Of a stretch of DNA of 64,000 bases, positions 1 to 11,995 are shown in pieces. Position 1 is the stretch's first letter, and each line of letters begins with the position of its first letter. This stretch comes from Amoeboaphelidium protococcarum X5 (taxonomy: Eukaryota; Fungi; Aphelidiomycota), in the NCBI GenBank assembly GCA_023515725.1, contig JALDTO010000192.1, forward strand, positions 62,001 to 126,000, read 5' to 3'. Both the position numbers and the translations under genes were made by a program. Below the pieces are notes generated by a model. The model was not told where the DNA came from. It saw only the letters and a program-made list of their open reading frames with translations, and made no database searches.

Positions 1-433
1 CGTCACGAGCAGACATAAGTCCTACACCAGGTCCACATCCAAAGTCTATCACAGACTGAGGAGTAAATTACGAATCAAGATCTTTCAACTCTTCCAATAC
101 GCGTCGATGTAGTGCATAACTTGAAGGTAATCTTGATGTAAGGTACGCGACTACTTCTCTAGGCCCGTATTCTAACACTTATTTCTTCACAGCTTTATAT
201 TTGAGTAAAGGACTGGATGGAAGCTTGGATTACGCTGATTATGATACAATATCGATTGATTAATGCTGAGAGTTGAATGCATTACGCCATCGCTCCACAT
301 CTTCTCTAATTTCCTTCAACTTGGCATTATCACCTTGCTCTTTAATGTAAGCTTATACTGCAACATCAAAGCTCTTTGGAAATTATATCATATATCCGCA
401 TTTTCGCGTAACTATCCGCAGCGATTACTGCAT
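1..433 (-). CDS. RSM22: Mitochondrial small-subunit methyltransferase-like protein Rsm22/METTL17 (3' part runs off the window)
   Basis: With TAR=Gln: MQQSLRIVTRKCGY...YGPREVVAYLTSRLPSSYALHRRVLEELKDLDSQFTPQSVIDFGCGPGVG, matching the Rsm22 YxxxRlP..Y...rVl.El...F.P..lDfG.GpG pattern. Confidence 0.85.
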
Positions 434-775
434 GATTCTAATTTTATACTACAATATAGCACTGGTCTCTGAAAATTGATCAAAAGTTTGAGTAAAAAGA
501 TGTCTGGCGCTTGCCCGCAAACAGATTTGATTGATATCATGGCCCACTGACTGAAGGTGGAATTGGCTTTAGGGAATGCTAGAGGAGTTTATTATTTATG
601 TCTGACTTATCACATATCTAGTTTGTTAGTTATACCTCTTGCCTCTCTTTTACCCACCATCGTCACGCTATTAGTCAATCGAGTTTGGCTAATCAGTTTA
701 GTTTACGCGTTTCGCAACTTCTGACAACTTCTTTGCCTTAAAATAGCTGGCGACTAAATATTGTCAATAATCAAA

Positions 776-2509
776 ATGAATATCAAGTTTGAAAATGAAA
801 TTGCGCGATATACTGATTTGGATTATGTCAACGCTAGAGAGCATAATCCGGTGTATCTTGATGCGTCTGGAAGCTCTTGTATAGATATCGGAGGGGCGAT
901 GGCTATATTTGATGATTTGGAATTTACTGATAAAAGCCATCTGCTCAGATTTAGTAGTGATAATGACGTGTAAAATGTTCAATCCGCTGCGGAGTTTGTG
1001 CGAGTTGAATTGGAAAGTTGGACAGCCTCGCTGAGGATACTGAGGTGAATAGCATCAAGAAGTATGTGATAACTTTGCTTCAATGCGCGACGAATGCTTT
1101 AAAAGGAACATCTCACAGCTATGAGTGGAAGCAAAACGTGGAGATTACTCGAAATGTGGTTGGATAAAATCAGAGTGTTCGAGACAACTGTATGATGAGC
1201 AGAGTTTATTGCCCTCGTGCCAGCATTCCTGAATTTATTCTGTCCAAGTCTGGTAAGTAGGTTATTGGTCCTCTCGGGGAGGTTAAATTGGATAGAGAGT
1301 TGTCGAATAAACTAGATTAGCATATCAGGTAAGCTGGACTGTATGGCGTCAGTTTTCTGTAGCGTGTATTTCCAATGCTGCCAAGCCGGACAGTGACCAG
1401 TATATTTGGGGAAGAGTGGTATGTGTATGTACCGCTGATGTCGCATAAGAGTATCTATATTCTGCGCATTGATTTATTTGATATCTATAAATCTGGCACC
1501 ATTACTATTTGGAGATCTAATCGCTTCTCCGGCGCTTAAATGGCTCACTGTCTGACATCCTGGGTATTGTGGGCGCTCAGAGTGTATGATCAGTTGCAAG
1601 ATCTATCCCTTGAACTAAATCAACCAGTTGCCAAGTATTGTTGGACTCCTCCGCATTTGCTGTGCCGAGTGTTCCCGCAGTTGGACGCCTCCAAGCTGGT
1701 TGCCCGTCCATCATTCTCCTATATACATTGAACGGGGCGATAAGATAGATTAGAAAGATGATTAGAAAGATATGAATTAGAAGAATGAAGGGCATGTTTA
1801 CAAACTATACAGTGTTTGGACTGCTAATGCTACTCCCGTTTAGACTGAATTTCTAATTGATTCATATATATGTCAGGGCTGGATATAGCGTAAAAAACTT
1901 TTAAAGATGCCATATTATGAGCTTGGCGACTTGTATCATAATCCGCCTCACGACTTTAAGAAGCTCCTAAAAGTTTTAAACCAAGTTGTGAGTATACTGA
2001 TTCATTTATAGAGGAATCAAGAAAGTTGCCATTGCGATATAAGAGCGCCCAATATTTGCTGGAAATCTGGCGATGGCGTTACGCTGATTGATTATGATTT
2101 GTCTAGGAGCATAGGCTCAGCATCTCCTAAAGAAGTAAACGCTCGAGACAATGCACCTGATGATTTAATTTATAGCAATCACGACGTTTGGCTTCTCGGT
2201 GTCATGATTCTGTAGCTTACATGTGAGAACTTTAGCTGGGAATAAATTGTTAATCACAGAATGGAATTAAAGGCGTAAAGAGCCCGACTGATAGAGGAGA
2301 AAATTTAGAATAACCAGCTGGTACCTGTTGTACTGCAGTGGCATCCATTCGATTTCACATCTGTCGAGTGGAAGGCAGACTTTGTTCAGCATGTCAATCA
2401 ATTGCAATTTATCATTGAAAAATGTGTGCAGCATCACAATCTTCGCTGGTAGTTGCACGAGCTGAATACTCATCTGAATGGCCTGGAAGATTTGCAGAAG
2501 ACTAATTGA
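776..2509 (+). pseudogene. Crinkler-like PD-(D/E)xK nuclease + protein kinase fusion with two frameshifts
   Basis: Middle segment reads IPEFILSKSGKQVIGPLGEVK...HIRQAGLY (REase-like). The 3' segment reads VYKLY...HCDIRAPNI...LIDYDLS...DVWLLG (kinase). The frame changes between ~967-1046 and again between ~1555-1729. Confidence 0.6.
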
Positions 2510-2763
2510 AATTACAGCTGTACTCGTATTAGTGACTCATTGTATGTAGGATTGCACTTGATTTTCGTACTATGCTTTTTCTAAAAATTTGATCCAGACT
2601 AAATCTTCATTTGCTTTGCCTGAATAAACCATATCGTATCAGGTCACTTTAAAAGTGTTCATACAATTGGTACGGACTTGAACAATCGATAATTATATCT
2701 CTGTATAATAACAACAAACTTCTCAATAAATAATCATAAATCAACAATCTGAATAATGCGGAA

Positions 2764-4422
2764 TCATTCAGATATAAGCAACTAGCCAGTCGCAATCTCG
2801 TAGATAATCTTACTACGAATGTATCCCATGTGTTTTTGCGTGAATGCGAAATCAGCATCGCGGCTCAGGTGTTCAGCAAATGTCAATGCAAACACCCCGC
2901 AGTCATAGCCATTCTCCTGAGCCGGAATATCGACATCGCATCGAAATGTCCAGCCAGTGAAGTCAAAGGGCCGCTTCTATTTATCAAGTGATTCCTGCTC
3001 CAAGTACATGCGCAGCGCACTCAATATATTCTGTCCAGACCCGTGAAGACTGTCATAATACGTACAAGTCTTCTACCGGAAATCGATGGAGCTCATGCAC
3101 CAATGCGCTCCCAGATGGATCGGAATGAGCACCATGTCATATGGTCGCTCACTATAATCTCCACTATGACTTGTCCCGGCAGTGTTGCCACTACCAAGCA
3201 AGTCGATCTTTCTCGTTCACCTCCGCAAAGATGGATATCCATCTTCAATCAACTTTGGGTAGAAAAAGGTGTTGAATACATGTACCTTTGGCAGAGTGGC
3301 TGCGCATCTTTGACTTCTATCCATGATCATGGACATATAGAAATTGATAACCTCATCATTCAACCAATTGTGTTTACTAACAGTCTTCAAATCCTTGCTC
3401 TCGATAATAATCTTGAATTTGTTGATTATAGTCTGACCAGCTGGAGTGGCAAGAGCAGATTAGATAACCTGTACTTATTTATCATCCAACGGTGGGAATG
3501 CATTCACGGCAGACTTCTTCTACTTTTACTTCTTCATGCTCTTCACCAGCTCATCATAAGATGGAGTCTCCAAGTCAGGAACTGGTGCATTTGAAGCGTC
3601 TCTTAGCGCCTTATTCATAACACTTCTCAACTTTTTGATCCACTGCTACTCCTTCTGCATATAGCCACGATTGAAATCAGCAGATACTGGAGGTTGGTAC
3701 ACACTTCTATTGGAATAGACAGAATCGACGCTCATCATAGACTCATTGCCAGCACTTGATCTACTCACCGACCGACCGCCGTAGTTGTCCATGTCACTCA
3801 CAAGCAGAAGAGATGAATCCGTCATGGCATCGCTTGAAGGAGGGATAACTCGACTGCGACTCTAAACAGGATGATGGAATTGCTGGTCATACTTTTGAAC
3901 ATTCAATGTATATTTAACCAACTTCTAGTACTATCTCTACCCAGACTGATATCCACCTTACACAGCTTCTTCATAGTTTGGCATTAGTCTTCTCACTCTC
4001 TCATAAAATGAATCCTTCTCATTCGCACGATTGTGGGACAGCTTTATTCTCTTCAGAGTTGACATCGACTTGCCCTCCTCCTGAGCACCATAAGAGTTCT
4101 CGCTCTAGTGAGGCAAATTCCCAAATGATACTCTCTTCTTTACACGGGGATACGGTTGTAGATGACCACAAGCCTTATCCTGCTCCTCCTAATTAAGATC
4201 ATGATGGCTGTTAATTACGCTGTTGTCTTGAGAAACATATTGACTCACAGAATTGTCAGACTGAGATACAGATCCCACAATGGAACTCCAAACTTTACCA
4301 ATCCAACCGAAAGCATTTCCATTAAAACTATCAGCAACGACCGCTCCCTCCACCAGTTGACCATTCTTAGAACTCTCCTGCGAAGTAAAAGAATACTACT
4401 CTTCACTGCTTTTTCTCTTCAT
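2764..4422 (-). CDS. ULP1: SUMO protease, Ulp1/SENP family (peptidase C48)
   Basis: 552 aa. Motifs WLDDEVINFY, FNTFFY, IPIHLGAHW, YYDSL and QENGYDCGVF give the catalytic H/D/C; ends in TGA. Confidence 0.93.
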
Positions 4423-4896
4423 ATTGAGTACTTCTAAGCAAAAACTAAAGACTATCAAATAGTAGTGTGTATGCTATAATTAAAAAAACCTATGTTCAGA
4501 CTTGTTAATTTCTCTCTCTTTCTCTCTCTCAGGGCAATACAGTACAAAAGAAGAAGTGAAGAAAGAGGCCAGAAAAAGAGTTTCAAAACGATGAAGAATT
4601 GAAGTGTGAAACGGAAAGGAAAAGATATCGTTCAGAACGGTCAAGAGAGTGAGTGACGCGCGACATTAGGCAGAAGAAGTCGTGCGAGATACAAACTACG
4701 AGAGAGAGAGAGAGAGAGGAATGGCGGTTGAGAGTGGAAAATAAGAGAGGATTTCTTCGTCTTATCTTTTCTTTTCTTTTGAAACGACACGCACCATTTA
4801 TCCTTCTGCATTAAATTGTGATAGGTGCAAATTAATCTTTATTCTCAGGTTACATCTTGACTGTTTATATTCAGAAATAGAATCATATTACAAGAG

Positions 4897-5865
4897 ATGC
4901 AGTAGCCACCAGCGTAGTTGAAGTAGTTGGGCCCTTTTCTGTAGAGATCGCAAGAGTTGTAGAGCAGGGCACCTGTAGTATCTTACTATTGCAAGTATTA
5001 TGCGGCCAAGATGGGTCTGGCTGTGAAGGATCGTGATAAAGATTCCACATAGTATTTAGTGAAGTTGCTTGATTAGCTAGAGTCTGAAAAGTCTACACTG
5101 TGTCAGAATGAAGAGTTTGCATAGATAATGACCAATGATGATCTGGCGTATGAACATATTAGTGATTTTGCGTTAAAGATCTTTTATCAGGCTGATGCTG
5201 TGGATCGCAAGTCTGCCTTGAATTCACCGGATAAACCACCACCTAAATCTATTGCACTGACTTTCTTGGCTGCTAATATATTCATGCAAGTGCTCTCCGT
5301 GTTTGGATAAACTGATCCATCTGTTGATGAAAAGATAAAGTATTCCAAATGGCGTGCTGCTGAGATTAGTAAAGCTGTAAAAGAGAATCGACCAGCATCT
5401 AAACCAACTTCACTAGATGATGAGGTGCTGGATCTAGCTCAAGATTTAGACTAAGCAGCAGCTTCTGATCATGGTGCATTTTCATAGAATGTGGATTCCT
5501 TTGATAATAGCTCTATGCATAAGTAATAATAATCATCATCATCATCATCTCTACCATAATCTCCTACCACGTTTAATTAGTAATAATCTTAGATGGGAAG
5601 ATCATCTCAATAAGCACCAATATCACCTGCCACCCATAAATTTAATACTTCTGGATCTGCAAGTAGACCGACTAGTTAGACGTCATTTAATGCTCCACCT
5701 AGTTATAATAATGTTAGTCCAGCAGTACTAGATCCGTCAGTGTCTGATCAAGCGGTTAAACATTGTCGGTACGTGATAAGTGCTCTGTAATATGATGATC
5801 TTCCAACAGCCATAAGAAATTTGGAAGAGGCTCTCAGTCTCTTGAAATCCGTAAATTAGAGTTGA
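4897..5865 (+). CDS. VTA1: Vacuolar protein sorting-associated protein Vta1
   Basis: N-terminus PAQLKQLGPFLQRSQEL...PVVSYYCKYYA; KIKYSKWRA; C-terminal AVKHCRYVISALQYDDLPTAIRNL. Confidence 0.93.
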
Positions 5866-5989
5866 CAAGTTTGGACTAAATAAAATAGTAATCACTATAT
5901 AACTCAATTCTATAAAAGCTATATCTTTAGAGTGTATCTCTTTGTTATTGTACCAAATTAACTTTATACTATACTATACACGCAGAAAG

Positions 5990-6687
5990 TCAGCTATTAC
6001 TACTGAGGGCAGTCTTCTCGGGTACAGATTGACCATACTCTTCGCTCAACTATTAAATAGTCTTCTCCTCTTGCATATCATTCATAAGCAATTAAAGCCT
6101 GACTTTCATCAAATACTGGGCAAGTGCCGGCAGAATCTCGATAACTCTACTAATCTACTCTTATGAGGGAAATGCGGCGAAAGAATCAGTCCAAAACTCT
6201 GCAGTATTATGAAATTCTTGTGGATTACTGAGCAACTATCGCGCAACCTCAGCATCTTGCGGATCATCCGGAATGGGTGACTAAAGCAGAGCGAGCAGTG
6301 ATAGAAGTATGCTCTTAATGTTTAGTGCCGGAGACCAAGCCTTGGAGGTGAGAATGTCCAAACAGATGGCTCCACTCTCGGAACTGATATTCGGATGCCA
6401 TACTTTAGTGTCAAATTTAACCTTTGGCGGATAGAATGGATATCCAGCATCTAATCGAATATCAATCATAAACCATCCCTTCTAGTATGCAGTTCCATCT
6501 GGGCCTTTGATCAATCCCTTCAGATGATTATTGCCAATCAGTTCGCAATACACTGTAGACTGATCAGAGTCCGATTGACAATCTTTAATCTCCTACACAT
6601 AATGTCTCAGTTTCATATACAATATATCTTAAATACGTATTCAATAGAAGTTCTTACTCTAGCTATACGCTTAAAATCTGCAGGCAT
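5990..6687 (-). CDS. UBC1: E2 ubiquitin-conjugating enzyme, Ubc1/UBE2K-like; intron 6593-6657
   Basis: [15 protein letters not shown]...[31 protein letters not shown]...[16 protein letters not shown]. Confidence 0.9.
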
Positions 6688-6871
6688 AATATAATCACTA
6701 AAATTAACTAAAATCAATATGAGATGGAATTTAACAACTGATTGAGTAAAGAGAAAGAGATCTCAAATTGTTTGATCAAAAGTGCGTTGAGAGAGAAACT
6801 GAGAGGAGCTCCTTTACTGAAAAAAAGTATCAAACTTTAAATCTAACTGATAAAAAAGCAATTTGAGTAAA

Positions 6872-7285
6872 ATGTCCATGTAGTAAATATCATAACAGTA
6901 ATAATAACAATAAAAGGATTAAGCGCCTAAGGTTTATCACTCGTTATTCTGCCAGGTGTGCGGGAATCTGTTAGACTTGCCTAATGCATTCAATGAGTGG
7001 ATTTAATGCTCGCAGTGCCTTAATAGTATTGCCGCGTCCACTTTCGAGAATAAGAAGAATATAAGCAAGAGTAGGAAATCGCTGAAGCAGTCTAGTTATA
7101 ATCACAATGGTAGCCTGGATACTGGTATAGATGAGAATAGTGGAGCTATCATAGAGGAACGGTGTGAGAAGTGTGGACACGACAAGATGAAATTCTTTAC
7201 TATGCAGTTGCGAAGTGCTGACGAAGGACAGACTGTATTCTACACGTGTCTCAAATGCAAATACACATACTCGCTTAACTCGTGA
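6872..7285 (+). CDS. RPA12: RNA polymerase I subunit RPA12
   Basis: FCQVCGNLL...CSQC and IEERCEKCGHDKMKFFTMQLRSADEGQTVFYTCLKC. The N-terminal polyQ is encoded by TAA/TAG and the gene is absent from the supplied ORF track. Confidence 0.93.
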
Positions 7286-7462
7286 TATATTTGGTTAGAC
7301 TAAATATAATTCTTGTTTGGTGTTAATATGCTCTACACGCGTAAAGTCAGTTTGCGCTCTTGCGTTTTCCTTTGCACAGTTTTCGCCTTATCAACATCAC
7401 AGCGATCTTCTTCTTGTACTGTACATTGCTTACTGTTTATTACAACTTTATCATAAAATTAA

Positions 7463-8209
7463 ATGTTCGCTCTTGCTAAAATTTAAGATGCAATAAGGAT
7501 ATAACCGTAAGATTTGGGAAAGCCTCATTTGGAAGCTTTACGGGATGAAGTGGACGTCAAGTACGCAAATAAAGTTTTGATCGATGTCGGTCTGTGTATA
7601 TGTCTCCATGATATTTTGGAAATTGGCGATCCCGAGGTGGATGATGGCTGTGTATGCGTTAACATCACGTTCAGGTTGATTGTACTGCGGCCATGTGTGG
7701 GCGAAGTATTAGAGGGTAAGATTAGATCCAGTACTGCAGAGGGGATACACGTCACGCTGGGCTTCTTTCATGACATCTTTGTACCTAAACACCTATTGAT
7801 GGATGGATCAGTGTTTGATGTGCAGGAACAGGTATGGAAGTGGCCTACTGAAGGAAATGATGATGATGATGATAATGATGAAGATGAATAGGTAGACGGA
7901 GAGCAGTTTTTATACTTTGATCAAGGTGAGATTGTGAGATTCCGAATCAGTGCATTAAACTTCAAAGAGTCCAAATTGACGCGATAAGCTGTCAAGTCGC
8001 AACTTTTACAGCCATTCTAGGCTCAATAATAATAATAATAACAGTAATAGTAATAATTGTTATAATAGTAATAGCTCGCCAAGAATGCAGCTGGATCGAC
8101 GTAAATAGACTTGGGATCTGCTGTAGATAGAAAGGATACATCGCACTTTGACATTACCGCTGCAATGAATGAAAGCGGTTTAGGTTGTGTATCTTGGTGG
8201 AAATAATGA
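7463..8209 (+). CDS. RPC25: RNA polymerase III subunit RPC25/RPC8
   Basis: KYANKVLIDVGLCICLHDI, FRLIVLRPCVGEVLEGKI, LGFFHDIFVP and C-terminal GLGCVSWW; internal TAR-coded polyQ. Confidence 0.93.
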
Positions 8210-8314
8210 CTCTTGAAATTGAAATTTAATATTAGCACTAGACTTTGTGTTATTATGCATTATTTTTTATTTTCACATGAATCGGTATATATACAGCAAT
8301 CAATACGAAAATGT

Positions 8315-9577
8315 TCATCTTCGCTTTGAATCCTCGTACTATTAATTATAGTATCCGTCGCGTTGATAATAATCATCGTATTACGCATGTTGCTGTTAAT
8401 CTTGTTAGCTGTAGTGCTAGTCTGCATATCTATAGTCTTGAGATGGATCATAGCGTCTATATTCATCTTGATACTGCGCGGAATCTTTAGGTGGCTACTG
8501 CTGCTACAACTACGCCTGCTGCTGATAGTAATAATCATCAAACTGATGCGCGGCATAACGAGGATTATCGGCAGTTTGAGTTTTATTATCATAATCCACC
8601 TTGTATCTCTTGTCCCTAGTCTATGAATAATCTCTGACATCACCAGCTGAAGGAGCCCGTCCACCATATGAATGACGACTCACATCTCTACTTCGCTTCC
8701 TCTCACGGCTTTTACTAACATGATCTTGCTGAGCATAATGATGATGATGGCGATAGTCTGATCCTCTCTAGCTTTGGGATAAATCACGCTGTTAATCCTG
8801 CTAGTACTATCTCTATTGCTAGTAATCACCGCGACTATCCACCTGAGCTGAGTCTCCCATATACTTCCCTGCAGATGTAGAGGATCCAATCTTCTGCTGA
8901 TACTCCTTCAATATGGCGGCTCTGTCGAATACACTTTTCTTGTTAATGGCCAGCTCATCTCTCAGCTCACGCTACTTTATACAGTACAGACGCCACGTAT
9001 CTTCCGTGAATCCATAATTAAAGTAGTCGGTGACATCAGCTCCCGGCTTCATCCACCCCTTCTCACTATCAGGGATATCCAGGTCGATATTGAAATCCAG
9101 GATTGGTTTGTCTCTATGGATTCCAATTCCATCAATATTGATCATACCACGTCTGATCGGGATCACTTCATCCATAGCTGGTTGTTATGATTATTACTAT
9201 GACTACTAGATGTGAGACTAAGCGGAAGACTGTTGCAGTGACTTTCCATCTAAAGAATTTTATTATTACTATGAAGATGACCCATCACCTGAGGACGACT
9301 AGAGGTTGCTCTTTTGCATATTTACAGACATTCCACTCTAAACTAATCCAACAGCACCACTCTAGAATAGCGATGCTCCTCCCTAAGTATTACCATCTGT
9401 ACCACCATCCAAAATAATCTCTAAATCATCATCATCATCATCACTAGAATCTTCATCTTCATCCGACTATTGTTGCAATTTGTCATCAGAGTTTTTCAAC
9501 TGCATCTCCTACTCCTCCTTCGCATTACCCTCAAATAGCACTTGATCTAATTCATCCTCCTTTTGATTTTCCGCCAT
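8315..9577 (-). CDS. FIP1: Pre-mRNA 3'-end processing factor FIP1
   Basis: Fip1 motif EKGWMKPGADVTDYFNYGFTEDTWRLYC; acidic N-terminus and RD/RS-rich C-terminus. Confidence 0.92.
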
Positions 9578-9832
9578 GCTATCAACTACTAAAAATGCTC
9601 AATTAATATATCAAATTTATAATTATTAAATTATAACCAGACACCAACGTAATTCAAGTTCTCTCAATTGTAATAAAATGCAGGGGATCCAGTTTCGCAA
9701 AGAGAAAAGAGAAAGCAGAATGATTTCAGCAGCCTTTCGCTCTCTTCCATACGTTGATCAACTGTCTGACTAGTTTAATCGATTAAAATCATTAAATTAC
9801 TCTATTTACTCTCTTTAAAAGAATACTATATA

Positions 9833-10399
9833 ATGGGCTGTTGTAGTTCATCGCTGAGGTCTAATATTGAAGAGGAGGAGCAAAGTGCTAATGAATAGCT
9901 GATTAATAATAGCAATAGTAATGGTGGAGATGGCAAGCGAGGCGGTGATGCACAGGGATATGGCTCTGATATGTTTGACACTCAGCGCGACAATGATGAA
10001 GAGAATATGCGTAAAGAGTATATGGAGCGATAGAAGAAGCGATTGAATATGATTGTTCGGCAGACTAGCGATCAATTGCTGAACGTATAGAGCCTGGATC
10101 AATAATAGTCGTCGTCGTCGTCGTAGTAATAGCCCCCATCTGTATTGTTATCTTAGCAATCACAAGGCGGTGGTAGTAATATCAATGGTGATTAAGGAGA
10201 CAGCTATCGCGATATGTTAAAGCACAAATCATCGCTGTACAAGAAGAGACTATCTCAAGTGGACGCGTCAAAGTAATCATCATCACCATCTGCTACCACC
10301 CCTCAACTCATCAGGAGTAAGAGCGGTAAGAAGTACTCCTCCATGGCATCTTCCTTCAGCAATCAAGATTTCGATTAATCCAATAACGCGCAATTGTGA
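9833..10399 (+). CDS. LAMTOR1/Meh1(Ego1)-like lipid-anchored Ragulator scaffold
   Basis: MGCCSS myristoylation/palmitoylation N-terminus. RLNMIVRQTSDQLLNV and SLYKKRL resemble the LAMTOR1 helices; 188 aa. Confidence 0.65.
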
Positions 10400-10664
10400 T
10401 CGTAATATTTATAGTAGTAAATAAATATATATTAGAGCATTCATTACTATTATCATAACTTATACACGCGCTGTCACACTCTGTATTGGCTGCATGAATG
10501 GATTAATCGTAGTCCAAACGCCTCTCCGCTTTGAAAAGCTCAGCTTTCTCTCACGGCGTTTTAACTCTTTTACTTTCTGTAACTGCGGCGTTATAACACC
10601 TGAGTATATATATATATATATACATCTTTTAATAACAATCTTTTTTTTAATATTCCATGAAAAT

Positions 10665-11960
10665 ATGAGCGTGGAATAGATTAAATATTTGAAATCTCTG
10701 GATAGTATTAGGTAATAGTCTCATAAAGTGCTGGAATGTGGTTTGAAGGGAAATTTAAAATATTTCAATGTGGACATGTCTCAACTGTCACTGGTGGTTG
10801 ATTATGTGGACCAGATTATCAAGAGAGATTACAAGAGTGTGAAGGATATCCCTATGCATGCCAGGTGGAGGCATTACAAGGTTGGCGGTGTGAATTATCT
10901 GCAACCTGCTCTGGATGCGTGGACCCAGGCTGGAGTGGATCGCCGTGAATAAACTCGCCGCCTACTGGACCTGTTCACTGTTTCTGTGCTGTTAGATGCT
11001 GGTGCTGGTAATCAGTGGAAATTTACAACGAGCTCTGGATAGGAGGTTGGTCGCAGTGAAGGCTTGGCTTTGGCGGCACTGTAAATGTTCACAGATGGTC
11101 TCTTTAGTGGTAGTCCTCAGAAGTAGCCGTTCTAAGCCGATTCAGCCGGCTTGGAGGCTTTGACAGTGTAATAACTATCCGCTGGCCTTCAAGTTGGGGA
11201 TGGAAATCAAATTCTCGGTCTTGAGGGTCGCTGTAAATTGCTCAATTCACTGGGTGCAGTTTTGAAGAGTAAAAAGTTCTTTTAGACTAGCGAATTATAG
11301 TCTCTTCCAAGACCGGGCTGTATATTTGATTATCTATCTTTCCTTGGTGGTAGTAGTAATCAGGTGGATATTGATGATATTTGGACTATTGCTATCGATG
11401 GGTTTGGAGATATATGGCCTCGTGTGGCAACTTTTATTGGTGAAAGTTATCTGGGAGATGTGTGGTTCAATGAGAGCATTCAAGATTACGTGTCCTTCCA
11501 TAAACTGTCTCAGTGGTTGATATACTCTTTGATGGAGCCTTTGGTTGTCAGCAGATTTGGTCAGTTGCGAATTACTAATGCCACCAAAATGACTGGGCTT
11601 GCAGAGTATCGTAATGGAGGTCTCTTTGTTGATTTTGGTGTATTAACGTTAAAGGAGGAATTTGCGCAAGAGGGTCTATCTAATGCAGCTTCAGTCATGG
11701 ACTCTGCTTATCAGTAGGATCTTCCACTTTTTAAAGCCTCCCATCAGGTAATAATAGAATGGAGATCATTGACAGTTGCGCTGCTGGATAAAGTGGGAGA
11801 AGAGGTGAGGAGACGTTATGACATGTCCATCGAAGAGCTACCATTGGTGAACATCTTGGAAGGGGGTACGTGGAAAGCAGGCCGTGAGATTGCCGCTAAG
11901 AAGAGACCACACACCAAAGGTCCACCTATCTAGATTCTCAGTGATGGAACTATCTTTTGA
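10665..11960 (+). CDS. URC4: Uracil catabolism protein 4 (DUF1688, Urg3)
   Basis: IPMHARWRHY, SVLLDAGAGNQW, GRSEGLALA, FHKLSQWLIYSLMEP, TGLAEYRNGGLFVD, LEGGTWKAGREIA and terminal SDGTIF. Confidence 0.95.
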
Positions 11961-11995
11961 TACATAAACAGAGTATTTTACATAACTTACTGTAA

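Noticed and set aside
1635-1680. 46-nt GT...CAG intron that would repair the second frameshift of the REase-kinase
   Set aside because: It is shorter and more GC-rich than the 14 supported introns and lacks TGTAG. Not excluded without RNA-seq.
8023-8072. (AAT)n microsatellite-like tracts (also ~6890 and ~5520)
   Set aside because: They are in-frame low-complexity coding sequence (polyQ and S/Q-rich), not independent repeats or arrays.
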